NCBI GenBank assembly: GCA_964345035.1
Contig: CAYFPO010000007.1
Span: 2,444-66,443 of the forward strand
Direction: 5' to 3'
Length of the DNA: 64,000 bases
Source of the DNA: an uncultured bacterium
GTDB taxonomy: Bacteria > Fidelibacterota > Marinisomatia > SCGC-AAA003-L08 > GCA-002704045
Positions 16,812 through 27,176 of this stretch are shown here, piece after piece. The position numbers and the translations under genes are program-made. The notes beneath the pieces were generated by a model. It was not told the DNA's origin. It saw only the letters and a program-made list of their open reading frames with translations, and made no database searches. Positions within the stretch are counted from its first letter, which is position 1, and each line of letters starts with the position of its first letter.

Positions 16812-17909
16812 ATGGCATTAGTTCCCAGACACATAAAAAACCTGTCACCATACAAACCCGGGAAACCAATTTCTGAGGTAAAACGTGAACTAGGGTTAGA
16901 GAGGATTATTAAACTCGCCTCCAACGAAAATCCACTGGGTGCTTCACCGGCAGCACTCAGAGCGCTGACCGAGCATTGGAAGGATGTTCACAGATATCCT
17001 GATTCTGCAGCTTTTGAACTCAGATCCAAACTTGCTAAGCGGTTTGAAGTCAAAATTAACAATGTTATCTTAGGCAGCGGTAGTGAAGGTATTATGTCTG
17101 CAATTATGCGGACATTTCTATTCCCGGGAGATGAAATTGTTGCTGTACAAAATTCGTTTATTGGATTCAGAGTTCTTGCCAATGCAAGCGGAATTCATAC
17201 AAATTGGGTACCGATGAAAGATTATCACTATGATCTTGTTGGAATGGCTGAATATATAAACGAATATACAAAATTGATCTATCTTGCAAATCCTGATAAT
17301 CCTACCGGTACATTTTTTACAAAATCTCAATTTGACATATTTATGAGATCTGTATCGGAAAACACATTGGTCATATTGGATGAAGCCTATTTTGAATATA
17401 TTGAAGACAGAGAAGATTTTCCGGATTCAATGCTGTACCGATATGACAATGTTATCACGTTACGGACTTTTTCGAAAGCATATGGTTTGGCAGGGTTGCG
17501 GGTTGGATACGGATTTGCACACGAGGATCTTATTGGAAATTTGATGAAAGTTAAATTACCCTTTGAACCGTCCATACCTGCACAAATTGCAGGATTAGCA
17601 GCATTGGATGATGAAGAATTCCTGAAAAGAACATTGGAAACAAATAAAAAAAATAAAGAAGTGTTAGAATCAGTTTTGATGGAAATGGAATTGCAATTTA
17701 TCCCGTCATCAACCAATTTTATTACAATTTGCTTTTCTACAATCAAAAAAGCAGAAATATTCACACAAAAAATGCTGCAAAAAGGTATAATTTTACGCTA
17801 CCTGAAAGGGTTTGGATTACCTGAATGTGTTAGAATAACAGTGGGTAATCAATCTGAAACTGAGTTTTTGATTAGAATTTTGAAAGAAGTAAATCCTACT
17901 GACAAATAA
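16812..17909 (+). CDS. hisC: histidinol-phosphate aminotransferase
   Basis: 365 aa. Motifs L.PY.PGKP, KLASNENPLG.SP, ANPDNPTG, and TFSKAYGLAGLRVGY (PLP lysine). Confidence 0.92.
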   Translation: MALVPRHIKNLSPYKPGKPISEVKRELGLERIIKLASNENPLGASPAALRALTEHWKDVHRYPDSAAFELRSKLAKRFEVKINNVILGSGSEGIMSAIMRTFLFPGDEIVAVQNSFIGFRVLANASGIHTNWVPMKDYHYDLVGMAEYINEYTKLIYLANPDNPTGTFFTKSQFDIFMRSVSENTLVILDEAYFEYIEDREDFPDSMLYRYDNVITLRTFSKAYGLAGLRVGYGFAHEDLIGNLMKVKLPFEPSIPAQIAGLAALDDEEFLKRTLETNKKNKEVLESVLMEMELQFIPSSTNFITICFSTIKKAEIFTQKMLQKGIILRYLKGFGLPECVRITVGNQSETEFLIRILKEVNPTDK

Positions 17910-18069
17910 TTCTATATGGATCTGTTACCTGCCGCACAATATTAAAATTGTATTCTGAGTAGATTTTACCTATAAAATCGAATTGGCAATCATATTAAAA
18001 CATTTCCAACTTGTTACATCCCGAAATGAATAAAAAGATAATAAACACAATAAATTACAAACTATAGAA

Positions 18070-20133
18070 ATGGGTAATATTAAAATTATATTATTAGTAT
18101 TTTGCGCTTCAATAACGCACATCTATGGACAATCGTATAATATGGAGTTGTTAGGGCATCTGCCTTTTGACCAGGAATGTTCAGATATCACCGGTTTTTA
18201 TCAGGATGGTAGAGAGTTTGCAGTCGTTGGTTTATATAACGGTTCTGTATTTGTGGATGTTACAGATCCAGGTGAACCATTTGAAGTTGGCAGGATAACA
18301 GGAAGTAACAGCATTTGGAGGGATTTAAAATACTGGAATCGCCATGTTTATATCGGAACAGAAGCAAATGATGGAGTCCAGGTGGTAAGTGTTGATGATC
18401 CAGACACTCCGATACTGGTAAATTTAATTAATGATTTTACCAGCAGTCATAATATCCACGTAGCAGATGGATTTTTATATGTCGTGGGTGCAGGTGATCA
18501 TCATATCTGGATTTATGATCTATCAAATCCAGAGAATCCGACACTAGCCGGCACCTGGGATGAGGAATATATCCATGATCTCCATGTGTATAACAATAAA
18601 GCGTATTGTGCGGCGATTTATTCCAGTACGGTCTATATATTGGATGTATCTGACAAAAATTCTATAAATACACTTACCAGTTGGTCTTATGAAGGGAAAG
18701 CCCACGACTGTGCTGTTACCAGCGATGAGACCATTCTGATCACCGGAGATGAAATGACAGGAGGAAATATAAAAATTTGGGATATATCTGATTATGACAA
18801 TATTCAATTATTGAGTGAATATATGGTTGACCCTGCACATTCAGTACATAATGTATATAATATAGATAATCTGGTTTATTGTTCATATTATGCTGACGGG
18901 ACCAGAGTTTTGGATATCTCTGATCCTGAATATCCGATTGAAGTTGGGTATTATGATACAAGTGAATTGGAATCATTATATGTGGGGAATTGGGGGGTTT
19001 ATCCATTTTTACCCAGTGGAAATATTATTTCAAGTGATATAGAAACCGGATTATATATTACCCGATTAACAGGGCTGTCAATTATCCACGACCCGATAGA
19101 AGATGTATCTCACGAAGCAGCCAACTATCCGATAGAATCAATAATCAGATCATTTTCCGGCGAAGTTGCAGCTGCTTTTGTTTTTTACCGGTTATTAGGT
19201 ATCGGTAATGAATCCTGGACCTCTATTAGTTTATCTGATGATGGAGATGGAAACTATTCAGGTGAAATTCCACAACAGATATTAGGTACGGTTATTCAGT
19301 ATTATATTTATGCCACTAATGAATTTTATGAAGAGTCTACATTTCCACCTGAAGGAATTATAGATCCTCTGCTATTTACAGTTGGTCAACTACCCGAAAT
19401 ATATACAGAAAATTTTGAAGTTGACTCCGGTTGGTCAACTGATCCATCCGATGATGCATCCTCAGGTATCTGGGTTAGAGATGAGCCCATTCCAACTTAT
19501 TTGGGTGACATTAATGTCCAGCCGGGCACTGACCACACACCTGACGGCACAAATTGTTTTATCACAGGAAATACAGATAATCCATATGAACCCGGTTTAG
19601 ATGACGTAGATTCAGGAACAACCACATTGATAAGTCCGGTTTTTGATTGTTCATCCTATGATCATGCTATGTTAACCTATTGGCGGTGGTACACAAATAA
19701 TACGGGTGATAATCCCAATGAAGATTACTGGCAGGTTGAGATTTCCAATGATTTCGGGTCAACTTGGAGCACTCTTGAAATGACAAATCAATCAAATGCA
19801 GATTGGACATTTCACAGGGTGATTTTGTCTGACTATGTAGAAATTACAGAAGGAATACAGCTAAGATTTAAAGCATCAGATTACTTCAACCCATCTTTGG
19901 TTGAAGCAGCAGTAGATGATATTGCAATAGCTGTGTTCGGTCAGCCTGTCATACTTGGTGATGTAAATTTTGACATCTCAGTTGATATTTTGGATGTTGT
20001 ATCCATTGTTCAATTCATTCATGGTAATATTGAATTTAATGCTTTTGAAATACAGGCAGCAGATTTTGATATGGATGGAATTGTAAATGTCCTGGATATT
20101 GTTGCTATTATTGATTTTATTTTGGATAATTGA
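18070..20133 (+). CDS. secreted LVIVD-repeat (choice-of-anchor-B-like) beta-propeller protein with a MAM/anchor-J-like domain and a C-terminal dockerin module
   Basis: 687 aa with a signal-like N-terminus. It has repeated LVIVD-type strands (VFVDVTDP, VQVVSVDDP, IWIYDLSNP, VYILDVSD, IKIWDISD, TRVLDISDP). The C-terminus is GDVNFDISVDILDVVSIV....AADFDMDGIVNVLDIVAIIDFIL, two dockerin-like Ca-loop/helix repeats. Confidence 0.75.
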   Translation: MGNIKIILLVFCASITHIYGQSYNMELLGHLPFDQECSDITGFYQDGREFAVVGLYNGSVFVDVTDPGEPFEVGRITGSNSIWRDLKYWNRHVYIGTEANDGVQVVSVDDPDTPILVNLINDFTSSHNIHVADGFLYVVGAGDHHIWIYDLSNPENPTLAGTWDEEYIHDLHVYNNKAYCAAIYSSTVYILDVSDKNSINTLTSWSYEGKAHDCAVTSDETILITGDEMTGGNIKIWDISDYDNIQLLSEYMVDPAHSVHNVYNIDNLVYCSYYADGTRVLDISDPEYPIEVGYYDTSELESLYVGNWGVYPFLPSGNIISSDIETGLYITRLTGLSIIHDPIEDVSHEAANYPIESIIRSFSGEVAAAFVFYRLLGIGNESWTSISLSDDGDGNYSGEIPQQILGTVIQYYIYATNEFYEESTFPPEGIIDPLLFTVGQLPEIYTENFEVDSGWSTDPSDDASSGIWVRDEPIPTYLGDINVQPGTDHTPDGTNCFITGNTDNPYEPGLDDVDSGTTTLISPVFDCSSYDHAMLTYWRWYTNNTGDNPNEDYWQVEISNDFGSTWSTLEMTNQSNADWTFHRVILSDYVEITEGIQLRFKASDYFNPSLVEAAVDDIAIAVFGQPVILGDVNFDISVDILDVVSIVQFIHGNIEFNAFEIQAADFDMDGIVNVLDIVAIIDFILDN

Positions 20134-20242
20134 TGAACTTTTGGCAATTTAGTATGTTTCATTTATTCAAAAAAATCATCTAAACAGGGTAATCAATCCC
20201 TAATTAAATTATACAGTAAGATAGTAAAAAATTTCAGACACT

Positions 20243-21316
20243 ATGAATATACATCTTTCATACATGGAACGTGCAATACAATTAGCACGACAGGGATTAG
20301 GAAAAACATCACCAAACCCACTGGTTGGCTGTGTACTGGTAAAAGAAGGGCAAATAATAGGGGAAGGGTATCATGAATTTTATGGTGGTCCACATGCAGA
20401 AAAAATTGCACTGGATAATTCATTTTTACCACCTGAAGGATCCACTGCCTACATAACCTTGGAACCATGCAGTATAGCAGCAAAAACTCCTCCGTGTACA
20501 AAATTATTAATCGAAAATGGAATTCGGGAAGTTTTTGTAGCTATGCCGGATCCAAACCCTAAAATATCCAACAGTGGAATTAAAGAATTAGAAGACCATG
20601 GAATCACAGTACATGTTGGTCTTTGCAAAGATGAAGCTGAAGAAATGAATAAAGGGTTTAATAAATGGATAACATCAGGCCGGCCGTGGGTTATTGGAAA
20701 AGCAGCACAATCCATAAATGGTTTCATGGGAATAGACCAGGGCAGTCAGGTATGTATTACCGGAGCTGAAGTACGTAAAGACTCTCATCGCTTAAGGGCT
20801 TCAGTGGATGCAATTATGGTGGGTAGGCAAACAGCACTTATTGATGATCCAAAACTCACTGTTAGGGATGTGAATGGTAAAAATCCGGTTCGGGTAATAG
20901 TTGATACAAATAGAAAATTACCATTGACATTGAATATATTTAGAGACGAAGCCGCAGAAACAATTGTTTTGTGTTCACAGAATAACTTTTCCAGAAGCCG
21001 AACTTCATTCTGCACCTATATTCCAGTAAAAGAAGAAAATGACAAATTATCCGCAGACCATATTTTACTGACTCTCGGACAGGAAGGGATTACAACTGTA
21101 CTTATTGAAGGAGGATCTAAATTACTCTCTACCTTTAATGAGGAAAAACTCATTGATGAAATTTATATTTACACATCTCCTGATAAAATGGAAAATGCAC
21201 AATTAATAAATCCACTCAGATTGGATGAATCCTGGGAAATCCGTGAAGAAAAAACCCTGGGCAAAGATTCTTTAGTAACAGCTATACGAAAGGAAAAATG
21301 TTTACAGGAATCGTAG
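20243..21316 (+). CDS. ribD: bifunctional riboflavin biosynthesis protein RibD (pyrimidine deaminase/reductase)
   Basis: 357 aa. Deaminase zinc motifs HAE...(TLEPC..AAKTPPC), followed by the reductase domain. Confidence 0.93.
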   Translation: MNIHLSYMERAIQLARQGLGKTSPNPLVGCVLVKEGQIIGEGYHEFYGGPHAEKIALDNSFLPPEGSTAYITLEPCSIAAKTPPCTKLLIENGIREVFVAMPDPNPKISNSGIKELEDHGITVHVGLCKDEAEEMNKGFNKWITSGRPWVIGKAAQSINGFMGIDQGSQVCITGAEVRKDSHRLRASVDAIMVGRQTALIDDPKLTVRDVNGKNPVRVIVDTNRKLPLTLNIFRDEAAETIVLCSQNNFSRSRTSFCTYIPVKEENDKLSADHILLTLGQEGITTVLIEGGSKLLSTFNEEKLIDEIYIYTSPDKMENAQLINPLRLDESWEIREEKTLGKDSLVTAIRKEKCLQES

Positions 21317-21954
21317 AAGAACTTGGTACGTTAACAGGAATTCAGGATACAAAAGCCGGTAAAAAATTCACAATCCGGGTAAATGTAATAAATGAAGATA
21401 TTCAGATAGGTGACAGTGTTTCTGTAAATGGTGTGTGTCTGACTATAGTGGATTTTACGAAAAATACACTCCAGGTGGATCTTGTAGAGGAGACGTTAAA
21501 TAGGTCTAATCTGGGCGAATTAGAAATTAATACGCAGGTGAATCTTGAACGAGCGTTGACATTATCCACTCGTATTGGCGGGCATATTCTCCAGGGGCAT
21601 GTAGAAACAACTGCTGTAATAATTGATAAACAAGAGTTGGGAGAATCATCCGTCATGGTTATCAGCATCAGTCCTGAATGGCGCAGGTATTGCATTGAAA
21701 AGGGATCCATTGCATTAGATGGAATTTCACTCACTATTGCAGACATTGAGGAAAATTTTATCTCAATTGCATTAATTCCACAGACATTAAAAATGACTAC
21801 TTTAGGATACAAGGATATTGGTGATACTTTGAATGTAGAAACAGACATAATTGCCAAATATGTTGAAAACCTTCTATATTGTGATGAAGAAGAACAGACA
21901 AAGAAAACCGAGCTGGTGAATAAACTTGTTAATTGGGGGTTTGGTGAGAGTTAA
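21298..21954 (+). CDS. ribE: riboflavin synthase
   Basis: 218 aa, MFTGIVEELG.., with internally duplicated lumazine-binding halves (SV.VNGVCLT / SIALDGISLT). Confidence 0.93.
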   Translation: MFTGIVEELGTLTGIQDTKAGKKFTIRVNVINEDIQIGDSVSVNGVCLTIVDFTKNTLQVDLVEETLNRSNLGELEINTQVNLERALTLSTRIGGHILQGHVETTAVIIDKQELGESSVMVISISPEWRRYCIEKGSIALDGISLTIADIEENFISIALIPQTLKMTTLGYKDIGDTLNVETDIIAKYVENLLYCDEEEQTKKTELVNKLVNWGFGES

Positions 21955-23177
21955 TGTCCGAATTTGAATCCATAATATCAGCCATCGAGGCCTTTAAAAA
22001 TGGTTCTATGATAATTGTGGTGGATGATGAAAAACGCGAGAATGAAGGTGATTTTATAATAGCCGCGGATAAGATCACGCCCGAAGACATTAACTTTATG
22101 ATCAAGGAAGGGAAGGGTCTTCTCTGCATGCCTATCACTTTGAAGAATGCCCAGAGACTACAATTAAATCCCATGGTAGGAGATAATACATCTCTCCATG
22201 AAACTGCATTCACTGTTAGTGTGGATGCCAGAGACAACACATCCACAGGAATTTCTGCAAGAGACAGATGGGAAACCATACAGGTGATCATTGATGAAAA
22301 CTCCAAACCATCTGACTTGGCACGTCCCGGTCATATGTTCCCCCTGATTGCAAAAGAAGGTGGTGTTTTACAGCGGGCAGGTCATACAGAAGCTGCCGTT
22401 GATTTAGCAACAATTGCAGGATGCAGCCCTGCAGCAGTATTAGTTGAAATTGTGGATGATGATGGCACTATGGCACGTCTCGACAGACTTCAGGAGATCT
22501 CAGAAAAATTTAATCTGCCTCTGGTGTCTATTGCTGATCTCATAAACTATCGAAGGCACCAAGTGCGGTTAATAGATAAATTAACCACGATCCCATTTCC
22601 CACAAGGTATGGTGACTTTACTCTGAACTTATTCGAAGATAAAATACATGGTGATCATCACGTAGCACTGGTTAAAGGAACGATCGACCCTGACAGGGAA
22701 ACTCTGGTTCGGGTACATTCCCAATGTCTGACCGGTGATCTATTCGGTTCGCTCCGTTGTGATTGTGGTGAACAGTTAAATGCCACCTTAGAACAGATTG
22801 AGAATGAAGGCAGTGGTGTGTTGGTTTATCTCCGGCAAGAGGGGAGGGGTATTGGACTCAAAAATAAGATTCTTGCCTATGAGCTTCAGGATACCGGAAT
22901 GGATACTGTGGAAGCCAATCAGGAATTGGGATTTCCTCCGGACTTGAGAGAATATGGGATTGGAGCTCAAATACTGAAGGACTGCGGAGTGAAGAAAATG
23001 CGTATTTTGACAAACAATCCCAGAAAAATTATAGGACTTGAAGGATTCGGATTAGAAGTTGTTGGCAGGGAACCTATTGAAATGGATACCAATGAAATGA
23101 ACCATAAATATCTCCAGACAAAACGTGATAAACTCGGACATCTTATTTTAAATCATCATTTATTCGAAAATGAGTAA
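21954..23177 (+). CDS. ribBA: bifunctional 3,4-dihydroxy-2-butanone-4-phosphate synthase / GTP cyclohydrolase II
   Basis: 407 aa. DHBP synthase motifs (VVDDE.RENEGD, RAGHTEA..DLA) and GCH II motifs (VRVHS.CLTGD.FGS.RCDCG.QL). Confidence 0.95.
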   Translation: MSEFESIISAIEAFKNGSMIIVVDDEKRENEGDFIIAADKITPEDINFMIKEGKGLLCMPITLKNAQRLQLNPMVGDNTSLHETAFTVSVDARDNTSTGISARDRWETIQVIIDENSKPSDLARPGHMFPLIAKEGGVLQRAGHTEAAVDLATIAGCSPAAVLVEIVDDDGTMARLDRLQEISEKFNLPLVSIADLINYRRHQVRLIDKLTTIPFPTRYGDFTLNLFEDKIHGDHHVALVKGTIDPDRETLVRVHSQCLTGDLFGSLRCDCGEQLNATLEQIENEGSGVLVYLRQEGRGIGLKNKILAYELQDTGMDTVEANQELGFPPDLREYGIGAQILKDCGVKKMRILTNNPRKIIGLEGFGLEVVGREPIEMDTNEMNHKYLQTKRDKLGHLILNHHLFENE

Positions 23178-23643
23178 AATTACCGGTGATACCTCTGCGG
23201 AGGGTAAAAAAATTACAATTGTCGCTGGTGAATTCAACCAACCCATAGTAGATCAATTAATTGATGGTGCTTCAGATGCATTCGTTCATTTTGGTGGTGA
23301 ATCCAAAAATTTGAAAATAATAACCGTGCCCGGTGCATTTGAGATTCCGGGAACAGTTAATCAGGTACTGAAAAACTCCAGTCCAGATGCCATAGTCACA
23401 CTGGGTGCTGTCATTCGGGGCGGTACAGCTCATTTTGATTTCATTGCAGGGGAGGCTGCCCGCGGTATAGGAGAATTTTCCAGAACCAGCGACATTCCGG
23501 TGATTTTTGGTGTGTTAACTACATACGATCTTCAACAAGCACAGGAAAGAGCAGGTACAAAAGCAGGAAATAAAGGCTGGGAAGTAATGGAAGCGGCACT
23601 CCAGACAATCTCAGTGTATAAGCAGATTAAACACTCCGCTTAA
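23170..23643 (+). CDS. ribH: 6,7-dimethyl-8-ribityllumazine synthase
   Basis: 157 aa. Motifs VPGAFEIP, GAVIRGGTAHFD, FGVLT, and RAG.KAGNKG.E.A. Confidence 0.95.
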   Translation: MSKITGDTSAEGKKITIVAGEFNQPIVDQLIDGASDAFVHFGGESKNLKIITVPGAFEIPGTVNQVLKNSSPDAIVTLGAVIRGGTAHFDFIAGEAARGIGEFSRTSDIPVIFGVLTTYDLQQAQERAGTKAGNKGWEVMEAALQTISVYKQIKHSA

Positions 23644-23644
23644 T

Positions 23645-26128
23645 TTGCTAAAAGCTGCTTTATTCAGTTTTATTTCCGTATTGTATTCCGGCGGAATTTT
23701 TGGTGAATGGAACCATTATACATCATTACTCACACCAACCGATGTGGTCATTCAGGATGATGATAGAATTTATGCAGCCACCATTGGCGGGTTACTTGAA
23801 CTTAATACTGAAACAAATAAGTTTAATTTTATAACAAGTAATTACCTCGAATACCTTGATTTATCGTCAATGATTAACGATTCCTTCCAAAACCTCATTC
23901 TTGGCGGTAATCCACCTGATAGAACAATCCAGATTTTTCACAATGAATTTGGATTACGAAATACCATTAATAATCTAGGTGAAGTTGATAAAATCCTGAA
24001 ATTTGAGTTGAATGAACCATATCTATTCGCAGCATATAAATCTGATGCATCCTATGGTATATTGAAGTTCTTGTATAATGAATTTGGAGTTCCGGAATAT
24101 CAGGACTTCTACAATAATTTTCCTGAGCAATTTACCAATATATCCGATATTGATTTGATGAATGATACCGTGTTTGTTACAACCCCGGAAGGAATCTTTT
24201 ACGGCAATTATATTACGGAAAACCTGAAATCAAGTGACAATTGGAAAAGTATGTCAATTCCCATAGAATTACCTATGGTATTTTATCCGGATTCATCAGG
24301 ATATTTCATCGGGGGATATAATGAGTTATGGAGGAAAATAAACGAGAATTGGGAAGTATTGGAGTTGGAAATTGATACTGAATTATCTACGGATTTTCAA
24401 GCACTAGATATTGCTGGTATTGGAAATAATTCTGTGGGGATTCTGACCAAAAAACAATACTTCCAATTAGAAAACTCTGAAACAGTGACTACTGAGTTTG
24501 AATTTTCTATACCGGTTAACACTGATTTTACTGCATTTGATTATTTAGAAAATACCGCAGCATTTGGTATGAAGCATCATGGCATATTGATGTTGGATGT
24601 GGATTCCAACAGTTATGAAATTTACGTACCGGATACTCCAATTCATAATCAGTATGATGCTATTGAAGTTTTGGGTAATGGAAGTCTGGTCGGAGTATGT
24701 AATAGAAACGAGGTAGATGAATATAATATTTCTGATGAAATCGGTGGTGTTACAATCTTTGAAAATGAGGGATTCATCAATTATATTTCCTCTATGTCTA
24801 ATTCTTATTGGGAATACCCTGTTAATGTATCTGAATTCAATTATTTTACAGGGATTGAGATTGATTATCGCCCTGGTGCCAATGATACTTGGAGTATTAT
24901 TGAATCCGAATCAGGTAATTTATTGGTTTCCAATAGTGGAAACCGCCCTAATTTGGATCAGGGAAAGGGAGGTGTTATCGAATTAAATTTAAATACAAAT
25001 GAAGCCATAATTTATGATACAACCAATAATGTGCTCGACGGTTTGGATGGAATTTACCGGAATATCTGGACTACCAGATATTTAACCATTAACCAATTGA
25101 ATAAAGATCCGGAAGGTAATATTTGGGTTATGAATCCCTACTCAGAAGTGTATAATCTGCCTGCTGCCATCCAATTATCAGACGGTCAGACCTGGAGTCA
25201 TATTTCAGCACAAGATGAATTATCCTATATGCCCCAGGAAATTGCATTTGACCAGACTGAGCTTGCATGGTTTGGTTTTCAATATGTGTTAAATTGGGCA
25301 GGTACTGCAGTTTATTCAGATGGAGGACTAAAAGTGCTTGATACAAAGGGTACCTATGGTAATCCAACAGATGACACGTGGTTGAATTTAACAAATCCAG
25401 AAATTTTACCAAATGGAAAAAATACTTCTATCTGGTCATTAACATCAGATAATCTGAATCGAATCTGGGTACTGACATCTTTTGGAGTCCAGGGATATAT
25501 ATTTTCCAGATATGGAAATTCCATTTCTTTAATGCCATTGTATACGGATATTGAAGGTGAACTATTTAACTATCTCTCATTTTTAAATCTGAATCAAGGA
25601 GATCGTATTCGCGTGGACAGTCAAAATAATATCTGGATTTCTACGCGGAATTCAGGAGTTTGGTTCATCCCGGAAGACACTCCTCCGTGGGAAGATCTCA
25701 CACAATATTCAACAGAAACATCTCCAATATTATCGAATATAGTATATGATATGGCATTTGATCATACAGACGGAACTGTGTATTTCGCTACTGAAAAGGG
25801 AATTTCATACTTGACGCTTCCCATCAATTCAGTAAAAAAAAACGCAGATAATCAGATTAGAATAAGCCCTAATCCATTACGGTTACCGGATGATAGTTAT
25901 GCAGAAATTTATGATATCTACCCCGGTTCCACAGTCAAAATAATGCAATTATCCGGTGAAGTCGTCCGAAGTTTAAACAGTAATGTGATCAGTCAAAATG
26001 ACACAGCAGTACAATGGGATGGACGTAATTCATCCGGCGAGTATGTGGGGTCCGGTGTGTATCTGGTTGCCGTATCTCATCCGGAAGGTGGAAATGCAGT
26101 GTCCAAGATCGCAGTGATCAGACAATAA
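23645..26128 (+). CDS. secreted beta-propeller-like repeat protein with T9SS-type C-terminal sorting domain
   Basis: 827 aa, TTG start, signal-like N-terminus. Recurrent W/Y-rich propeller-like segments. The C-terminal ~90 aa (ISPNPLRL...VQWDGRNSSGEYVGSGVYLVAV....SKIAVIR) is a FlgD-Ig/T9SS-tail-like domain. Confidence 0.6.
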   Translation: MLKAALFSFISVLYSGGIFGEWNHYTSLLTPTDVVIQDDDRIYAATIGGLLELNTETNKFNFITSNYLEYLDLSSMINDSFQNLILGGNPPDRTIQIFHNEFGLRNTINNLGEVDKILKFELNEPYLFAAYKSDASYGILKFLYNEFGVPEYQDFYNNFPEQFTNISDIDLMNDTVFVTTPEGIFYGNYITENLKSSDNWKSMSIPIELPMVFYPDSSGYFIGGYNELWRKINENWEVLELEIDTELSTDFQALDIAGIGNNSVGILTKKQYFQLENSETVTTEFEFSIPVNTDFTAFDYLENTAAFGMKHHGILMLDVDSNSYEIYVPDTPIHNQYDAIEVLGNGSLVGVCNRNEVDEYNISDEIGGVTIFENEGFINYISSMSNSYWEYPVNVSEFNYFTGIEIDYRPGANDTWSIIESESGNLLVSNSGNRPNLDQGKGGVIELNLNTNEAIIYDTTNNVLDGLDGIYRNIWTTRYLTINQLNKDPEGNIWVMNPYSEVYNLPAAIQLSDGQTWSHISAQDELSYMPQEIAFDQTELAWFGFQYVLNWAGTAVYSDGGLKVLDTKGTYGNPTDDTWLNLTNPEILPNGKNTSIWSLTSDNLNRIWVLTSFGVQGYIFSRYGNSISLMPLYTDIEGELFNYLSFLNLNQGDRIRVDSQNNIWISTRNSGVWFIPEDTPPWEDLTQYSTETSPILSNIVYDMAFDHTDGTVYFATEKGISYLTLPINSVKKNADNQIRISPNPLRLPDDSYAEIYDIYPGSTVKIMQLSGEVVRSLNSNVISQNDTAVQWDGRNSSGEYVGSGVYLVAVSHPEGGNAVSKIAVIRQ

Positions 26129-27173
26129 CTTTTTCTTCAAACCGGAATTCAACCTCCAGTTCATTCACCACCTGTTTGATTAAATCCCTTCTTTTATTGT
26201 GTGCTAAAAATGCGCTTTTAAAGCCATTCATGATAATCCGACGGATATCGTTTGCATTCAGGTCAAATTCCTCCACAGCTCTACAATATTCCTCCGTTAA
26301 AGTAGTACTTGAAATTAACCGGTTATCTGTATTCAGTGTAACGCGTAAATTATTATTTAGATAATATTTAAACGGATGCTTTTTCAGGCTCGGTATGGAC
26401 TTTGTATGTATATTGCTGATGAGACAGATTTCTAATGCTATCCGGTGATCATTGATATAGTTCATCAAATCGGGATTTTCTCTCAAACGGGTACCATGAC
26501 CAATTCTGTGAGCACCGCAGGCGTGGATTGCCTGATGGATACTTTCAGGTCCGTACGCTTCTCCGGCATGTAAAGTGGTATTAATATTATTTTTTAAAAT
26601 GAGTTCAAATGCATCCTGATGGTGTTTTGCCGGAAAATTTTCTTCAGCACCGGCAAGATCAAATCCGACTACTCCTCTGTTTTTATACTGTACCGTCAAA
26701 TCTGCAAGTTTCAGGGAAATATCCGGTGAAATATTCCGAATCCCGCAAATGATAATCCCTGTTATTATTCCAAAATCACTTTCCGCTTTATCCAAACCCT
26801 TTTTTACAGCATCCACAGATTCTGCAAGGGTCATTCCATTATCAGTATGGAGTATAGGCGAGTACCGGATTTCAACATATCGGACTCCGTCATTCCAACA
26901 ATCTTCTGCTAATTCGTATGCTGTGCGGGTTAGGGAATCCGGGGTCTGCATAACACTCAAAGTGAGCTTAAATCTGGACAGATATTCTTCCAATGATCCC
27001 GTATTATTGCCAATTTCCAAAATTTGTTTTAATTCCTTTGGATGTTTAGAAGGCAGTTCCACTTTCTGCTGTTCAGCCAACTCCAGAATAGTGTCAATAC
27101 GAAGAGATCCATCCAGATGACAGTGGAGCTCTGCCTTTGGCAGCTTCTGCAGTATTGATTTAGATAATCTCAA
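26118..27173 (-). CDS. add: adenosine deaminase
   Basis: 351 aa. Motifs LPKAELHCHLDGSLR, VRYVEIRYSP, GFDLAGAE, HAGE, and TLNTDN. Confidence 0.93.
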   Translation of the reverse strand: MRLSKSILQKLPKAELHCHLDGSLRIDTILELAEQQKVELPSKHPKELKQILEIGNNTGSLEEYLSRFKLTLSVMQTPDSLTRTAYELAEDCWNDGVRYVEIRYSPILHTDNGMTLAESVDAVKKGLDKAESDFGIITGIIICGIRNISPDISLKLADLTVQYKNRGVVGFDLAGAEENFPAKHHQDAFELILKNNINTTLHAGEAYGPESIHQAIHACGAHRIGHGTRLRENPDLMNYINDHRIALEICLISNIHTKSIPSLKKHPFKYYLNNNLRVTLNTDNRLISSTTLTEEYCRAVEEFDLNANDIRRIIMNGFKSAFLAHNKRRDLIKQVVNELEVEFRFEEKVIV

Positions 27174-27176
27174 ATT

